Positions 48,440 to 60,837 are shown, counted from the whole stretch's first letter. The stretch: DNA of 62,980 nt, filler included, from Craspedostauros australis (GCA_030167865.1; 6 parts of 6 records of this genome joined end to end with filler, not necessarily neighbours in it); one strand, 5' to 3'. Program-made: numbers and translations. Notes: generated by a model from the sequence alone, not told the origin.

Positions 48440-49737
48440 GGCGTGGTTGGTCACAATGAGTGTGTTGATACGAGTACTCGTACGATGCGGGGTGACAATC
48501 GGTGCCGATTGAAGTGGAGACAGTGGTGTCGATCCTGAAGCATGTGGTGATATCGCTTCTGTAGGATACCTACCAGTAGTGTTGCTTTGGCTATCGACTT
48601 GGCGGTCGACTTGGCTGTCTTTGATGTTGCTTAGCCAGACTTGTTGGCTGCTCCAGTGTTTGCGGATGTCGTTGTGGCTGTGGTTCGGATGGCGTGGAAT
48701 GGCGTGCGCAACTGTGCCTGGATCGTTCGTATTGCCGCATGCAACTGCGTTGCCTTCGTTGCCTCTGTTGGTTTGAGTTGTGTCGGAATCAAGAGCGTCT
48801 GGACCATGCATCTATCAACCATACGATTGTGCGGAGAGATGTTCGTTGCATGCAAGTCTAACCCAAGCGAGCGAGAGTGTGGCACGATCGACCTGCGGCT
48901 GCGGTTGTAAATGTGAATGTGCCTGGGGTTGCGGCAGGCAGGGTCGAAGGTGCTGTTGGGTTGGGTTGGCTGCCACCACCGCACAGAGCGCAGAAGGCGC
49001 GGACGTGGGCCCTTGCGAAGAGGGGAACATGATCTTTCGGTGATTCGTGGTGTGCTGTGATGTTCCAGTATCTTGTGCCAGAACCGTTTTGGGCAAAATC
49101 TTTTGAGGCGAAATCGCACGTGTCAGCGACCTGCAGGAACTTCCAAACCGTTCCATGACTAGTAAGCAACGAAGACAGAATGATACAAAATTGGTCGCAA
49201 CCATGTCGCATTCAATACACTGTTCTAGTCACAAGGAGGAAGAACGGAACTTGCCTCACCAGCGTTCGGATCTTGCGACCGCCCCCACTCTTTGGGCAAC
49301 GCGCGATCTTGGAAATTTGGCTCACGCAAGTCTCTTGCCGCAGCGAGAGAGAGCGAGAGAGAGCGAGAGAGTTGGAAGAAATGACGACAAGATACGAAGT
49401 TATTACGAGGGCAGCTGCAGGTCCAGATGGCGTCGGAGCGCTGGATGTTTGCAATGGCCCCTGCAGACTGACCATGCTGCCACCCACCCTCTCTCTCTCT
49501 CTCCTTCTGTGTGTGTGTGTGTTTGCGAGTGATGTGTTGCGTCATGCCTCTCGTTCATCTTCATTTGTGCAGCGCTTTGGTAACGTTGTTGTTGTGCGTT
49601 GCAAATACTAGTGGAGAATGAGAGTTTTCCTTCTGTTATCGTTTACTCAGGAAAAGGCAAGCTAAAATGTTGGTGATGTACTTGTGCTGGCATGCTTCGG
49701 CTTCTGTCCAGGCTTGAGAGAGACATGGTCATGAACT

Positions 49738-50741
49738 TTACGCCGCCGCATCGCCACCTCCTTCAGCGCCTTCGAAGAAGTTGGTGTTGATGAAAATGGT
49801 GGTTGCCATCAGCATTCCCTTGTGATCGACTGTCGCAGTCTCAGGAAAGTCCACTTCGAAGGCATCGGCGTCGGTGAAGAGCTCGGTTTTCAAAGACTTT
49901 GGCTTCTTCATGATCATTCCGATGTACGGAGCTTCGCCGTCGGTCTCTGCCTGATCGGCGGGGTACATGCGGAACGACACCTTGCAGCAACCCTTGCCAC
50001 ATGGATTGCCTTCGGCGCAGCAGTTGACGCACATACCACCCCAGCAGGTTGGCTGGTGGATCTTGTACACCGGTTCGCCGGTGTGATCGAAGATCTTGAA
50101 GGATGGGACGCAGTACCAGTAGTCCTCCTTGATGGTGCCCAGCATGGTGCCGCCGCTGGTGAAGGAGGCCTCCTGGTAGCAGCAGCACTTGCATCCAGAC
50201 GGCATGCAACGGAAAGGACGATCGATCGTGACGATTTCTGACTCCGTGGTCAGCTCCTTGACAGTCATCGTGTAAGGGTGCATCGGCGCGCAGCAGAAGC
50301 GGCACATGCAGCTGGCGTCTTCGAGAGACTCGAAGACCTGGTCGTTGCCAATGAAGTATTTGAACTCAGTGCGTGCGTCGCAACCCAGCAGCTCCTGCAA
50401 AGTTGGATTTGGGTGGTGGTATTGAAAGTATTATAGTTGTGGAATGGTGTGGCATGCAGAGTGAGTGTACGTGAGAGAGAGTGTGAGTGCAATGCGGATA
50501 CGAGGGCACCATGACCAACATCGTGGTTGCGACGAGGCGAATCTCACGTCAAATGAGTAACCCAGAACAACAACGAGAACAACAAACGATACCGCCATGA
50601 CGGCTGATGGAGACTATTGCTTCGATGTGCCCTTACCTGACACCATCCACGACGAGTTTGACGAATGTCCATCTTCACGCAACTGCTGAGGTGCGACTGC
50701 ATGGCATTGGTGCCGCGGCCTTCCATCGTGTTGGCTTGCAT
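49738..50741 (-). CDS. Phospholipid scramblase family protein, 2 exons
   Basis: Exon 50637-50741 plus exon 49738-50394; intron GTAAGG...TTTGCAG. Motifs IRQ..GWCQELLGCDARTEFKY, RPFRC...CCCYQE, ELFTDADAFEVDFP and a Cys-rich palmitoylation-type stretch. Confidence 0.9.
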
Positions 50742-51093
50742 CTTGCTTGTTTGCTGTGGCGTTGGTGTACAGGAGAGGTGCGCTGTGGGGCTGTGGCTGT
50801 TGTCGTCCTTTCCGTTGTTTGCTTCGAACAGGATTTTGTTTTATGATCTGATGGGGGCAAGATCTTGTTGTCGGTGACGATTCGCACGTGCCGCCAACAC
50901 TACTCGGCCGAGCAAGTCAGGCGCCGAATGTTGAATGGATTCCTGTAAGTCTCGCAGTACGATCAGTAGCGACCACACGTTGGATCACAGGATGGTTGCC
51001 GACCCCAGCGCGACAGAGCGCGTGGTGGGGCTTGTGTGTCGTCTCGTGATACTTTTCCTCCCTTGCACGACTTGTTTGCTGCCGTTGTTCGGA

Positions 51094-51982
51094 TAGGAGC
51101 CCCCCGAGTGAGTCGATCAAGACCTTGAAATGAAAAGTCTAATCGGATTTCTGGGATTTTCAAACTAAGCACATATTCGAAGTCCTTGTAGTCTCTTTAT
51201 GTATAATGGAACCTTTCAGATTGTAGTTAGTTTCATTTTAAGTTTTATGGATCAATCAATGTGTTTAGTCTAGTCGCGTGAATCCAACAGCACAAAATTC
51301 GTTTGTTTCTGCCGAAGGTTCGATGATGTTCTCAAGTATTTATCGTCTGGTGATCAGTCACGAACTTGCTTCCGAAGGTCTCAGTCGTTTGGTACACGTT
51401 AATTACACGTTAGCATGTGGCGCATGATTCCACATTCTGCTCGTCACATAACACATGACACAAAACACATCACACAAAACACATCACACAAAACACATCA
51501 TCCCCATCATTTTGCAAAATCGCGCCACACTTTCGCTCCNNNNNNNNNNNNNNNNNNNNNNNNNNNNNNNNNNNNNNNNNNNNNNNNNNTGATGTGTTTT
51601 GTGTGATGTGTTTTGTGTCATGTGTTTTGTGACGAGCAGAATGTGGAATCAGGTGCCACATGCTAACGTGTAAGAGCCCCCCGAGTGAGTCGATCAAGAC
51701 CTTGAAATGAAAAGTCTAATCGGATTTCTGGGATTTTCAAACTAAGTACAAATTCGCAATCCTTGTAGTCTCTTTATGTATAATGGAACCTTTCAGATTG
51801 TAGTTAGTTTCATTTTAAGTTTTATGGATCAATCAATGTGTTTAGTCTAGTCGCGTGAATCCAACAGCACAAAATTCGTTTGTTTCTGCCGAAGGTTCGA
51901 TGATGTTCTCAAGTATTTATCGTCTGGTGATCAGTCACGAACTTGCTTCCGAAGGTCTCAGTCGTTTGGTACACGTTAATTA
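51094..51982 (+). repeat. 312-bp AT-rich direct duplication (51094-51405 and 51671-51982) flanking a TIR element
   Basis: Near-identical copies 577 bp apart, with a small SNP cluster (AAGCACATATTCGAAGT vs AAGTACAAATTCGCAAT). Confidence 0.9.
51406..51670. mobile_element. TIR DNA-transposon ends (at least 81-bp imperfect TIR starting CACGTTAGCATGTGG); interior collapsed in a gap; second left end at 51983
   Basis: 51406-51486 is the reverse complement of 51590-51670 with few mismatches. Subterminal 14-bp repeats ACACAAAACACATC. Flanks are TTA| and |TAA. Confidence 0.75.
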
Positions 51983-52182
51983 CACGTTAGCATGTGGNNN
52001 NNNNNNNNNNNNNNNNNNNNNNNNNNNNNNNNNNNNNNNNNNNNNNNNACACAAAACACATCACACAAAACACATCATCCCCATCATTTTGCAAAATCGC
52101 GCCACACTTTCGCTCCGTTTCACAACTTTCCTCGCCAATGGCATGCACACTCGCTCTTTCGCTCAATGCCCGTTCTTGTCAG

Positions 52183-52240
52183 AGTAGTAGTAGTAGTAGT
52201 AGTAGTAGTAGCAGTAGTAGTAGTAGTTGTTGTTGTTGTT
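52183..52240. repeat. Compound (AGT)n(GTT)n microsatellite
   Basis: Direct reading of the sequence. Confidence 0.9.
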
Positions 52241-54174
52241 GCTGAATGATCGGCCTTCATCCTGTGCTCTCCTTACCTCACTTCCTCTCAGACCAGTTCA
52301 TCACATCCAACAAGCAAACAGCACTACTCTCCAGCAACAACTCCACCNNNNNNNNNNNNNNNNNNNNNNNNNNNNNNNNNNNNNNNNNNNNTTAATTAAT
52401 TAANNNNNNNNNNNNNNNNNNNNNNNNNNNNNNNNNNNNNNNNNNNNGTTTCCTACTGATCGACAGTTTGGGGGTCATGCGTACAGACGGATGTTTTGTC
52501 ATGTACATAGCACCAGAATGAATTGACGATCGTGTGGTTCCGTTTCTGTTCCCGTTCCTGTCCCACCAAAAGACGCGCCGAATTGGTTGCATCTGGCAGG
52601 CGTGCTTCATGACCGTCGCAACGAAACGTCAGGAGAGCGAGACGAAATGATTGGACTGAGAATCAAATGATGACGTTTGATAGTGTCAACAACGAAATCA
52701 AGTGAACAATCATCTCATTTTGAATGTGAACCTGCATCATACACGTATCACGCATGTAGACATTATGTAGACAAGTCCTTTTGAGGACGAACTCTATTGT
52801 AGGACGTGACGCAAGCCAATATGTAAACTGAACACCCTTGCTCCAAAGTGATGATGAGCGAGAGGGTTCCACCATTTCCCTCCCCCAGCTTCCTCACTAC
52901 CACCCAGAAGACTACAGTCACTTCACTGTTTCATCAATGCTCTACTTCTGAGGTTCGAAATGATGGTGTCATATATATACCTCACTGATTATAACTGTTA
53001 AGTTATGCGCTGGGGGGNGCTTTGATTCTGCCTTGTTTATTCTCCATGTCTGCACGCAGTGGGAACGGATGTGTCAGTATTATGATCGTGTTGGGAGAGA
53101 GGGCTGTGTCCATTGGGCAGGTCTGTTTGCTGGCGATGTTGTGGTGGCAGGGGAATCGTCTCAGGGTGCGATCCGCCTATAGTTCCATTTCCAGTTCACA
53201 AGCACTGCCGTGGCTGGTGGCACATTGCCTCCAAGGCCTTGGTGCATGGCTTGGACCCACGGAATGAGCTGGGCGGTCTGCTCAGTGTGCGGANNNNNNN
53301 NNNNNNNNNNNNNNNNNNNNNNNNNNNNNNNNNNNNNNNNNNNGGCTTGGACCCACGGAATGAGCTGGGCGGTCTGCTCAGTGTGCGGATGATGCTCCCA
53401 AAGTGGGTGCAGGACTGCAGGGATGGTAGTTGGCGGGCATATTCGCAGCATCTGAAAATATTGGAGCAGCACGGGCGTCGTGTCATTGGAAGTCTGGGAC
53501 GCTTTGACCTTGGTCTGGTCCTGCCATTGCATCAGTGTCATGTGCCACATGAGGTTGGTGACACTGTNNNNNNNNNNNNNNNNNNNNNNNNNNNNNNNNN
53601 NNNNNNNNNNNNNNNNNNNNNNNNNNNNNNNNNNNNNNNNNNNNNNNNNNNNNNNNNNNNNNNNNNNNNNNNNNNNNNNNNNNNNNNNNNNNNNNNNNNN
53701 NNNNNNNNNNNNNNNNNNTCGCGAACGCCAGAGAGATGATGGTGTCAACATGGCTTGGATCCAACACCTGATGTCGAACAGTGTGGACAAGACTATCCAC
53801 AAATGTCTAACACAACCATCAACCATGTTGTTGATCACAGCATCACTCTCCATCATCATCTCAGTCTGAGGATGCATTGAACTGGAACNNNNNNNNNNNN
53901 NNNNNNNNNNNNNNNNNNNNNNNNNNNNNNNNTTAATTAATTAANNNNNNNNNNNNNNNNNNNNNNNNNNNNNNNNNNNNNNNNNNNNGCCACCCCTGGA
54001 ACCTGTCGTGGTGACAACCAGTGGGGATCTCTCCCCAAATGTTCGCATTCGTGTTGGATCTTGGAGGGACTGGATTTAGTCTGTGTAGTCGTACATGTGG
54101 GTCGTGATTGATGCCTACCTTCGTGCTTCAGCAGATATCGTTGGCGCCACATTTCCATCCCGAAGCCGTACGAG

Positions 54175-55548
54175 ATGATGGCAAACTATTTCTTGTTGTT
54201 CTCCTGTGCGGGGGCACGATACTTTTGGTCCACACATTCTCCCTGCCTCCTCCTGCCTATCTTCCCTCGCCTATTTGCTGCGTTTCAGTTCCGCTTGAGT
54301 GCTTCTCTCTTCCCTTCGTCACCTTCTCTTCGCATGCCTCGCCGCGTCTGGAACTGTCTTCCCGAGCGTCAGGCTTGCTCTGAGGCAAAGGATATGTTCA
54401 TCGACGCGGCCACATGGCTGTCACAGGTCCACATCGACGAACTTGACGACGACGACATCGAGACCTTCGTCCAGCACTTCGGCAACGTCATGGCCCTCGG
54501 GATCCATGCTTTGCGATTGCAGCGCCAATACCTTCTCCCCATGCAGCCACCTCGGCGTCATTCAAATCGCGGCGTCACCATTCGTCAGATCCGCGATGGA
54601 GAGGATATCGACCACTTTCGGTTCCGCAAGGACCATCTGCGACGGTTGGTCGTTGCCTTTTGGCCCAAATTTCAGGCTGTATCCGGTGAGCAAGACCCCA
54701 CCTCCATAGAGGTCAAGAACCGTTTGACGGTCTCCTTTGAAGTTGGCTTCCTGATCATGATCTATCGATTGGCGCATCGAGGTCGGTTTTGCGACATGGA
54801 GGACCGTTTTGACATGGATGTCAATCGGCTTTCGTGCATCTGTGGCACCTTCTTTTTCTACTTTCATGCCATTGCAGCTCCATACCTCAGCGACCTGGGG
54901 TTGTTCCAGCCTCGGTTCGCCTCTTACGCTCACAACGTCAGTGTGCTCACAAAGGACTTGGTGGACAACATTATTGGATTCGTCGATGGGACATTCAGTG
55001 CAACATGTCGGCCGACGTACAACCAACGGATGGCATACTCTGGGCACAAGCACATGCACGGAATTAAGTTCCAGGGTATTGTTGGTGCAGATGGCTTGAT
55101 CCTGCATTATTATGGTCCTATCCTTGGAAGCCGCCATGATTCCTTCATGCTCCGCGAGAGTGGCGTCGAGCCGCGGATGAGAGAATTGATGCCACTTCCA
55201 GGGTTCCAAAGGCCATACCGTTTGTACGGTGATCCAGCATATGCCACAACAGCATACGTGCTTGGTGCATTTCGAAACACAGTTGAGGGTTCCCCTGAAG
55301 CTCTGTGCAACAGGGACATGTCCTCTGCGCGAATCTGCGTCGAATGGGAGTTCATGGAGATTGGTAAATCGTTTCCCTTCCTCGATGTGAAGAACCAAAT
55401 GAAAATCTATTGGAACCCCCTCACACACATGCACTACATTGCGGCATTCCTCACAAACTTCCGTTGCATCTTCTATGGCAATGAACAATCTGCACGGTAT
55501 ACTTCTGCAAAGCTCACAGCAGAGGAGTACCTTGCCTTGGTACCATGA
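54175..55548 (+). CDS. Harbinger/HARBI1-like DDE transposase (DDE_Tnp_4)
   Basis: FRFRKDHL, HTH region LIMIYRLAHRGRFCDMEDRF, IIGFVDGT (D), YSGHKHMHGIKFQ, GSRHDS, LYGDPAY (D), NRDMSSARICVEWEF (E). The triad is intact. Alternative start at 54334 (MPRRV). Confidence 0.93.
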   Translation: MMANYFLLFSCAGARYFWSTHSPCLLLPIFPRLFAAFQFRLSASLFPSSPSLRMPRRVWNCLPERQACSEAKDMFIDAATWLSQVHIDELDDDDIETFVQHFGNVMALGIHALRLQRQYLLPMQPPRRHSNRGVTIRQIRDGEDIDHFRFRKDHLRRLVVAFWPKFQAVSGEQDPTSIEVKNRLTVSFEVGFLIMIYRLAHRGRFCDMEDRFDMDVNRLSCICGTFFFYFHAIAAPYLSDLGLFQPRFASYAHNVSVLTKDLVDNIIGFVDGTFSATCRPTYNQRMAYSGHKHMHGIKFQGIVGADGLILHYYGPILGSRHDSFMLRESGVEPRMRELMPLPGFQRPYRLYGDPAYATTAYVLGAFRNTVEGSPEALCNRDMSSARICVEWEFMEIGKSFPFLDVKNQMKIYWNPLTHMHYIAAFLTNFRCIFYGNEQSARYTSAKLTAEEYLALVP

Positions 55549-55899
55549 ATCACATCAACTAGTCTGATACACATAATACATATTTAGGCTCTGGCTATAT
55601 TCAAATTCTCTCTCCATCTTGCGTGGGATGCTCCACGGTTGATTGGTTAGATAGTCAGCAGTGCCAGTGAAGTCAGCGGCTACGACCATGCAGCAAATAC
55701 CGATCCACTACCATGTGTTCTGCCATGGATGGATTGGCAACACCAGCAGCAGCTTCGGTGGCCTTGCATTCCACAATCCATGGATGTGCAGCAACAGCAA
55801 CCACGGCGAAGACTGTGACGACCATGCTGTGCCATGTGCCGCCGTTGCTCCTCATCCATCATTTGTAGATTGGATTGGACAGAGACAGTGACGGAGGCA

Positions 55900-58800
55900 T
55901 GTCCAGCCGCGCGCACCATGTGGGGTCCATCGGCGTCAGTGCTCCTCCACCATCTAAGGATCAACAGTGGCGACGGCAGCGACGATCGAGTGGAGCATGC
56001 CATGCGCCATCATCACTGCTCCTCCATCATCCATTGATTGGCAGCGACGATGGCAGTGACGATGGCAGGGACGATCGCGCAGACCATGTGATGCGCTGCC
56101 ATCTCTGCTCCTCCACCCAGGGATCGGCAACAACGATGGCAGTGACGATGGTGGGGACGATCGTGCCGAACATTCGATGCGCCACCATCTCTGCTCCTCC
56201 ATTCATGGATCCGCAACGACGATGACAGACACGATGACAGGGACGATTGTGCCGAACATTCGATGCGCCGCCATCTCTGCTCCTTCACTCATGGATCGGC
56301 AACGACGATGGCCGCGGCGATGGCAGGGATGATTGTGCTGAACATTCGATGCGCCACCATCTCTGCTCCTCCATTCATGGATCCGCAACGACGATAGCAG
56401 ACACGATGGTGGGGACGATCGTGCCGAACATTCGATGCGCCGCCATCTCTGCTCCTCCACCCAGGGATCGGCAACAACGATGGCAGTGACGATGGTGGAG
56501 ACGATCGTGCCGAACATTCGATGCGCCACCATCTCTGCTCCTCCACCCAGGGATCGGCAACGACGATGGCAGTGACGATGGTGGGGACGATTGTGCCGAA
56601 CATTCGATGCGCCACCATCTCTGCTCCTCCATTCATGGATCCGCAACGACGATGGCAGTCACGATGGCAAGGACAATCGCGCGAAACATTCGATGCGCCT
56701 CCATCTCTGCTCCTCCATTCATGGATCCGCAACGACGATAGCAGACACGATGGTGGGGACGATTGTGCCGAACATTCGATGCGCCACCATCTCTGCTCCT
56801 CCATTCATGGACCCGCAACGACGATAGCAGACACGATGGTGGGGACGATCGTGCCGAACATTCGATACGCTGCCATCTCTGCTCCTCCACCCAGGGATCG
56901 GCAACGACGATGGCAGTGACGATGGCAGGGACGATTGTGCCGAACATTCGATGCGCCACCATCTCTGCTCCTCCATTCATGGATCCGCAACGACGATAGC
57001 AGACACGATGGTGGGGACGATCGTGCCGAACATTCGATGCGCCNCCATCTCTGCTCCTCCACCCAGGGATCGGCAACNACGATNGCAGNNACGATGGTGN
57101 NGACGATCGTGCCGAACATTCGATGCGNCACCATCTCTGCTCCTCCANNCANGGANCNGCAACGACGATNGCAGNNACGATGGTGGGGACGATTGTGCCG
57201 AACATTCGATGCGCCACCATCTCTGCTCCTCCATTCATGGATCCGCAACGACGATGGCAGTCACGATGGCAAGGACAATCGCGCGAAACATTCGATGCGC
57301 CTCCATCTCTGCTCCTCCATTCATGGATCCGCAACGACGATAGCAGACACGATGGTGGGGACGATTGTGCCGAACATTCGANNNNNNNNNNNNNNNNNNN
57401 NNNNNNNNNNNNNNNNNNNNNNNNNNNNNNNCATCTCTGCTCCTCCATTCATGGATCCGCAACGACGATAGCAGACACGATGGTGGGGACGATCGTGCCG
57501 AACATTCGATGCGCCACCATCTCTGCTCCTCCACCCAGGGATCGGCAACGACGATAGCAGACACGATGGTGAGGACGATCGTGCCGAACATTCGATGCGT
57601 CACCATCTCTGCTCCTCCATTCATGGACCCGCAACGACGATAGCAGACACGATGGTGGGGACGATTGTGCCGAACATTCGATGCGCCACCATCTCTGCTC
57701 CTCCATTCATGGATCCGCAACGACGATGGCAGTCACGATGGCAAGGACAATCGCGCGAAACATTCGATGCGCCTCCATCTCTGCTCCTCCATTCATGGAT
57801 CCGCAACGACGATAGCAGACACGATGGTGGGGACGATTGTGCCGAACATTCGATGCGCCACCATCTCTGCTCCTCCATTCATGGATCCGCAACGACGATG
57901 GCAGTCACGATGGCAAGGACAATCGCGCGAAACATTCGATGCGCCACCATCTCTGCTCCTCCATTCATGGATCGGCAACGACGATGGCAGTCACGATGGC
58001 AGGGACGATTGTGCCGAACATTCGATGCGCCACCATCTCTGCTCCTCCACCCAGGGATCGGCAACGACGATAGCAGTGACGATGGTGGGGACGATCGTGC
58101 CGAACATTCGATGCGTCACCATCTCTGCTCTTCCACTCATGGATCGGCAAGGACGATGGCCGCGGCGATGGTAGCGATGATGGCAGGGATGATTGTGCCG
58201 AACATTCGATGCGCCGCCATCGCTCCTCCTCCATTCATAGATCTGCAACGACGATGGCAGTCACGATGGCAGGGACGATCGCGCGGAACATTCGATGCGT
58301 CACCATCTCTGCTCTTCCACTCATGGATCGGCAAGGATGATGGCCGCGGCGATGGCAGTGACGATATGATGGCAGGGATGATTGTGTTGAACATTCGATG
58401 CGCCACCATCTCTGCTCCTCCACCCAGGGATGGGCAATGATGATGGCCGCAGCGATGGCAGTGATGATTGTGCCGAACATTCGATGCGCCACCATCTCTG
58501 CTCCTTCACTCATGGATCGGCAAGGACAATGGCAGTCACGATGGCAGTGACGATGGTGGGGAACATTCGATGCGCCACCATCTCTGCTCCTTCACTCATG
58601 GATCGGCAATGATGATGGCCGCGGCGATGGCATTGACGATGGTGCCGAACATTCGATGCGGCACCATCTCTGATCCTTCACTCATGGATTGGCAAGGACG
58701 ATGGCGACGACGATGGTAGACACGATGGCAGGGATGATTGTGTCGAACATTCGATGCGCCACCATCTCTGCTCCTCCACCCAGGGAGCGGCAATGATGAT

Positions 58801-60450
58801 GGCCGCGGCGATGGCAGTGATGATTGTGCCGAACATTCGATGCGCCATCATCTCTGCTCCTTCACTCATGTATCGGCAAGGATGATGGCCGCGACGATGG
58901 CCGCGACGATGGCAGACACGATGACAGGGACGATCGCGCGGAACATTCGATGCGTCACCATCTCTGCTCCTTCACTCATAGATCGGCAAGGACAATGGCA
59001 GTCACGATGGCAGTGACGATGGTGGGGAACATTCGATGCGCCACCATCTCTGCTCCTTCACCCATGGATCGGCAGTGACGATGGCCGCGGCGATGGCAGT
59101 GACGATGGTGCCGAACATTCGATGCGCCACCATCTCTGCTCCTTCACCCATGGATCGGCAGTGACGATGGCCGCGGCGATGGCAGTGACGATGGTGCCGA
59201 ACATTCGATGCGTCACCATCTCTGATCCTTCACTCATGGATTGGCAACGACGATGACCGTGGCGATGGTAGACACGATGGCAGGGATGATTGTGTCAAAC
59301 ATTCGATGCGCCACCATCTCTGCTCTTACACCCAGGGATGGGCAATGATGATGGCCGCGGCGATGGCAGGATGATTGTGCCGAACATTCGATGCGTCACC
59401 ATCTCTGCTCCTTCACTCATGGATCAGCAAGGATGATGGCAGTCACGATGGCAGTGACGATGGTGCCGAACATTCGATGCGCCACCATCTCTGATCCTCC
59501 ACTCATGGATTGGCAAGGACGATGGCCGTGGTGATGGTAGACACGATGGCAGGGATGATTGTGTCGAACATTTGATGCGCCACCATCTCTGCTCCTCCAC
59601 CCAGGGAGCGGCAATGATGATGGCCGCGGCGATGGCAGGATGATTGTGCCGAACATTCGATGCGCCACCATCTCTGCTCCTTCACTCATGGATCCGCAAC
59701 AACGATGGCAGTCACGATGGCAGTGACGATGGTGGGGAACATTCGATGCGCCACCATCTCTGCTCCTTCACCCATGGATCGGCAAGGACAATGGCAGTCA
59801 CGATGGCAGTGACGATGGTGGGGAACATTCGATGCGTCACCATCTCTGCTCCTCCACCCAGGGATCGGCAATGATGATGGCCGCGGCGATGGCAGTGACG
59901 ATGGTGCCGAACATTCGATGCGTCACCATCTCCGATCCTCCACCCAGGGATCGGCAAGGACGATGGCGGCGGCGATGGTAGACACGATGGCAGGGATGAT
60001 TGTGTCGAACATTCGATGCGCCACCATCTCTGCTCCTCCACCCAGGGAGCGGCAATGATGATGGCCGCGGCGATGGCAGTGACGATCGCGCGGAACATTC
60101 GATGCGTCACCATCTCCGATCCTCCACCCAGGGATCGGCAAGGACGATGGCCGCGGCGATGGTAGACACGATGGCAGGGATGATTGTGCCAAACATTCGA
60201 TGCGCCACCATCTCTGCTCTTCCACTCATGGATCGGCAGGGATGATGGCAGTCACGATGGCAGGGACGATCGCGCGGAACATTTGATGCGCCGCCATCGC
60301 TCCTCCTCCATCACCCATGGATCAGCAAGGACGGCAGTAGCAGTGATAATGGCGACGATCGTGCGGAACATTCGATGCGCTGCCATCTCTGCTCTTCCTT
60401 CACCCATGGATCGGCAGCGACGATGGCAGTGGCGATGGCAGCGACGATCG
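55900..60450. repeat. Modular tandem array, about 50 units of 86 bp with 98- and 110-bp variants
   Basis: Core GAACATTCGATGCGCCACCATCTCTGCTCC at 58561, 58647, 58745, 58831, 58941, 59027, 59113, 59199, 59297 etc. (spacings 86/98/86/110/86/86/86/98). Decayed copies at both edges. Confidence 0.98.
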
Positions 60451-60837
60451 CGCGCGACAAACCAATTCCTCACTGCGCGTCGGTTGTGGATGAATCGATG
60501 GCATCAGTGGGTTGCCACATCGGGAACGCGTCCTGTGCAGCAGAGACACGTCCGCTGCATGATATTGCAGGCGCGGGATACTGATTGCTGGCGGCGGCGG
60601 CGGTGAAGGTAGTGTCCAAGCGTAGACTTGGCTATGGTTTCGTGTCCTGTCTCAAACAGATTCAGGTTTACGCTGTTGAGGGGCACCTTGCTCATGCAAC
60701 ACAACCTGCAGCACCGGATGAGGAATATGAGATTTTGTGTGTGATGCATTGGTTACATGTTATTGTGGGCACACTGATTGGAGCGATCACTGTGGCCATG
60801 TAGTAACCTGTGGCTGGTATGGATGCATGAAAGTGTA

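Noticed and set aside
53247..53392. Direct repeat of ~46 bp around a 50-N gap
   Set aside because: It looks like an unmerged contig overlap.
53989..54174. Terminal inverted repeat matching the window end
   Set aside because: No inverted match to 62600-62980 was found by eye. The true ends are probably outside this contig piece or the window.
55900..60450. CRISPR array (constant ~30-bp core plus variable segment)
   Set aside because: The variable parts are re-used permutations of a few 12-bp modules, not unique spacers. There are no cas genes and the context is eukaryotic.
55950..60600. Repeat-protein ORFs in the 86-bp array
   Set aside because: The period is not divisible by 3, so ORFs cycle through frames on both strands with identical peptides. 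These are by-products of the repeat.
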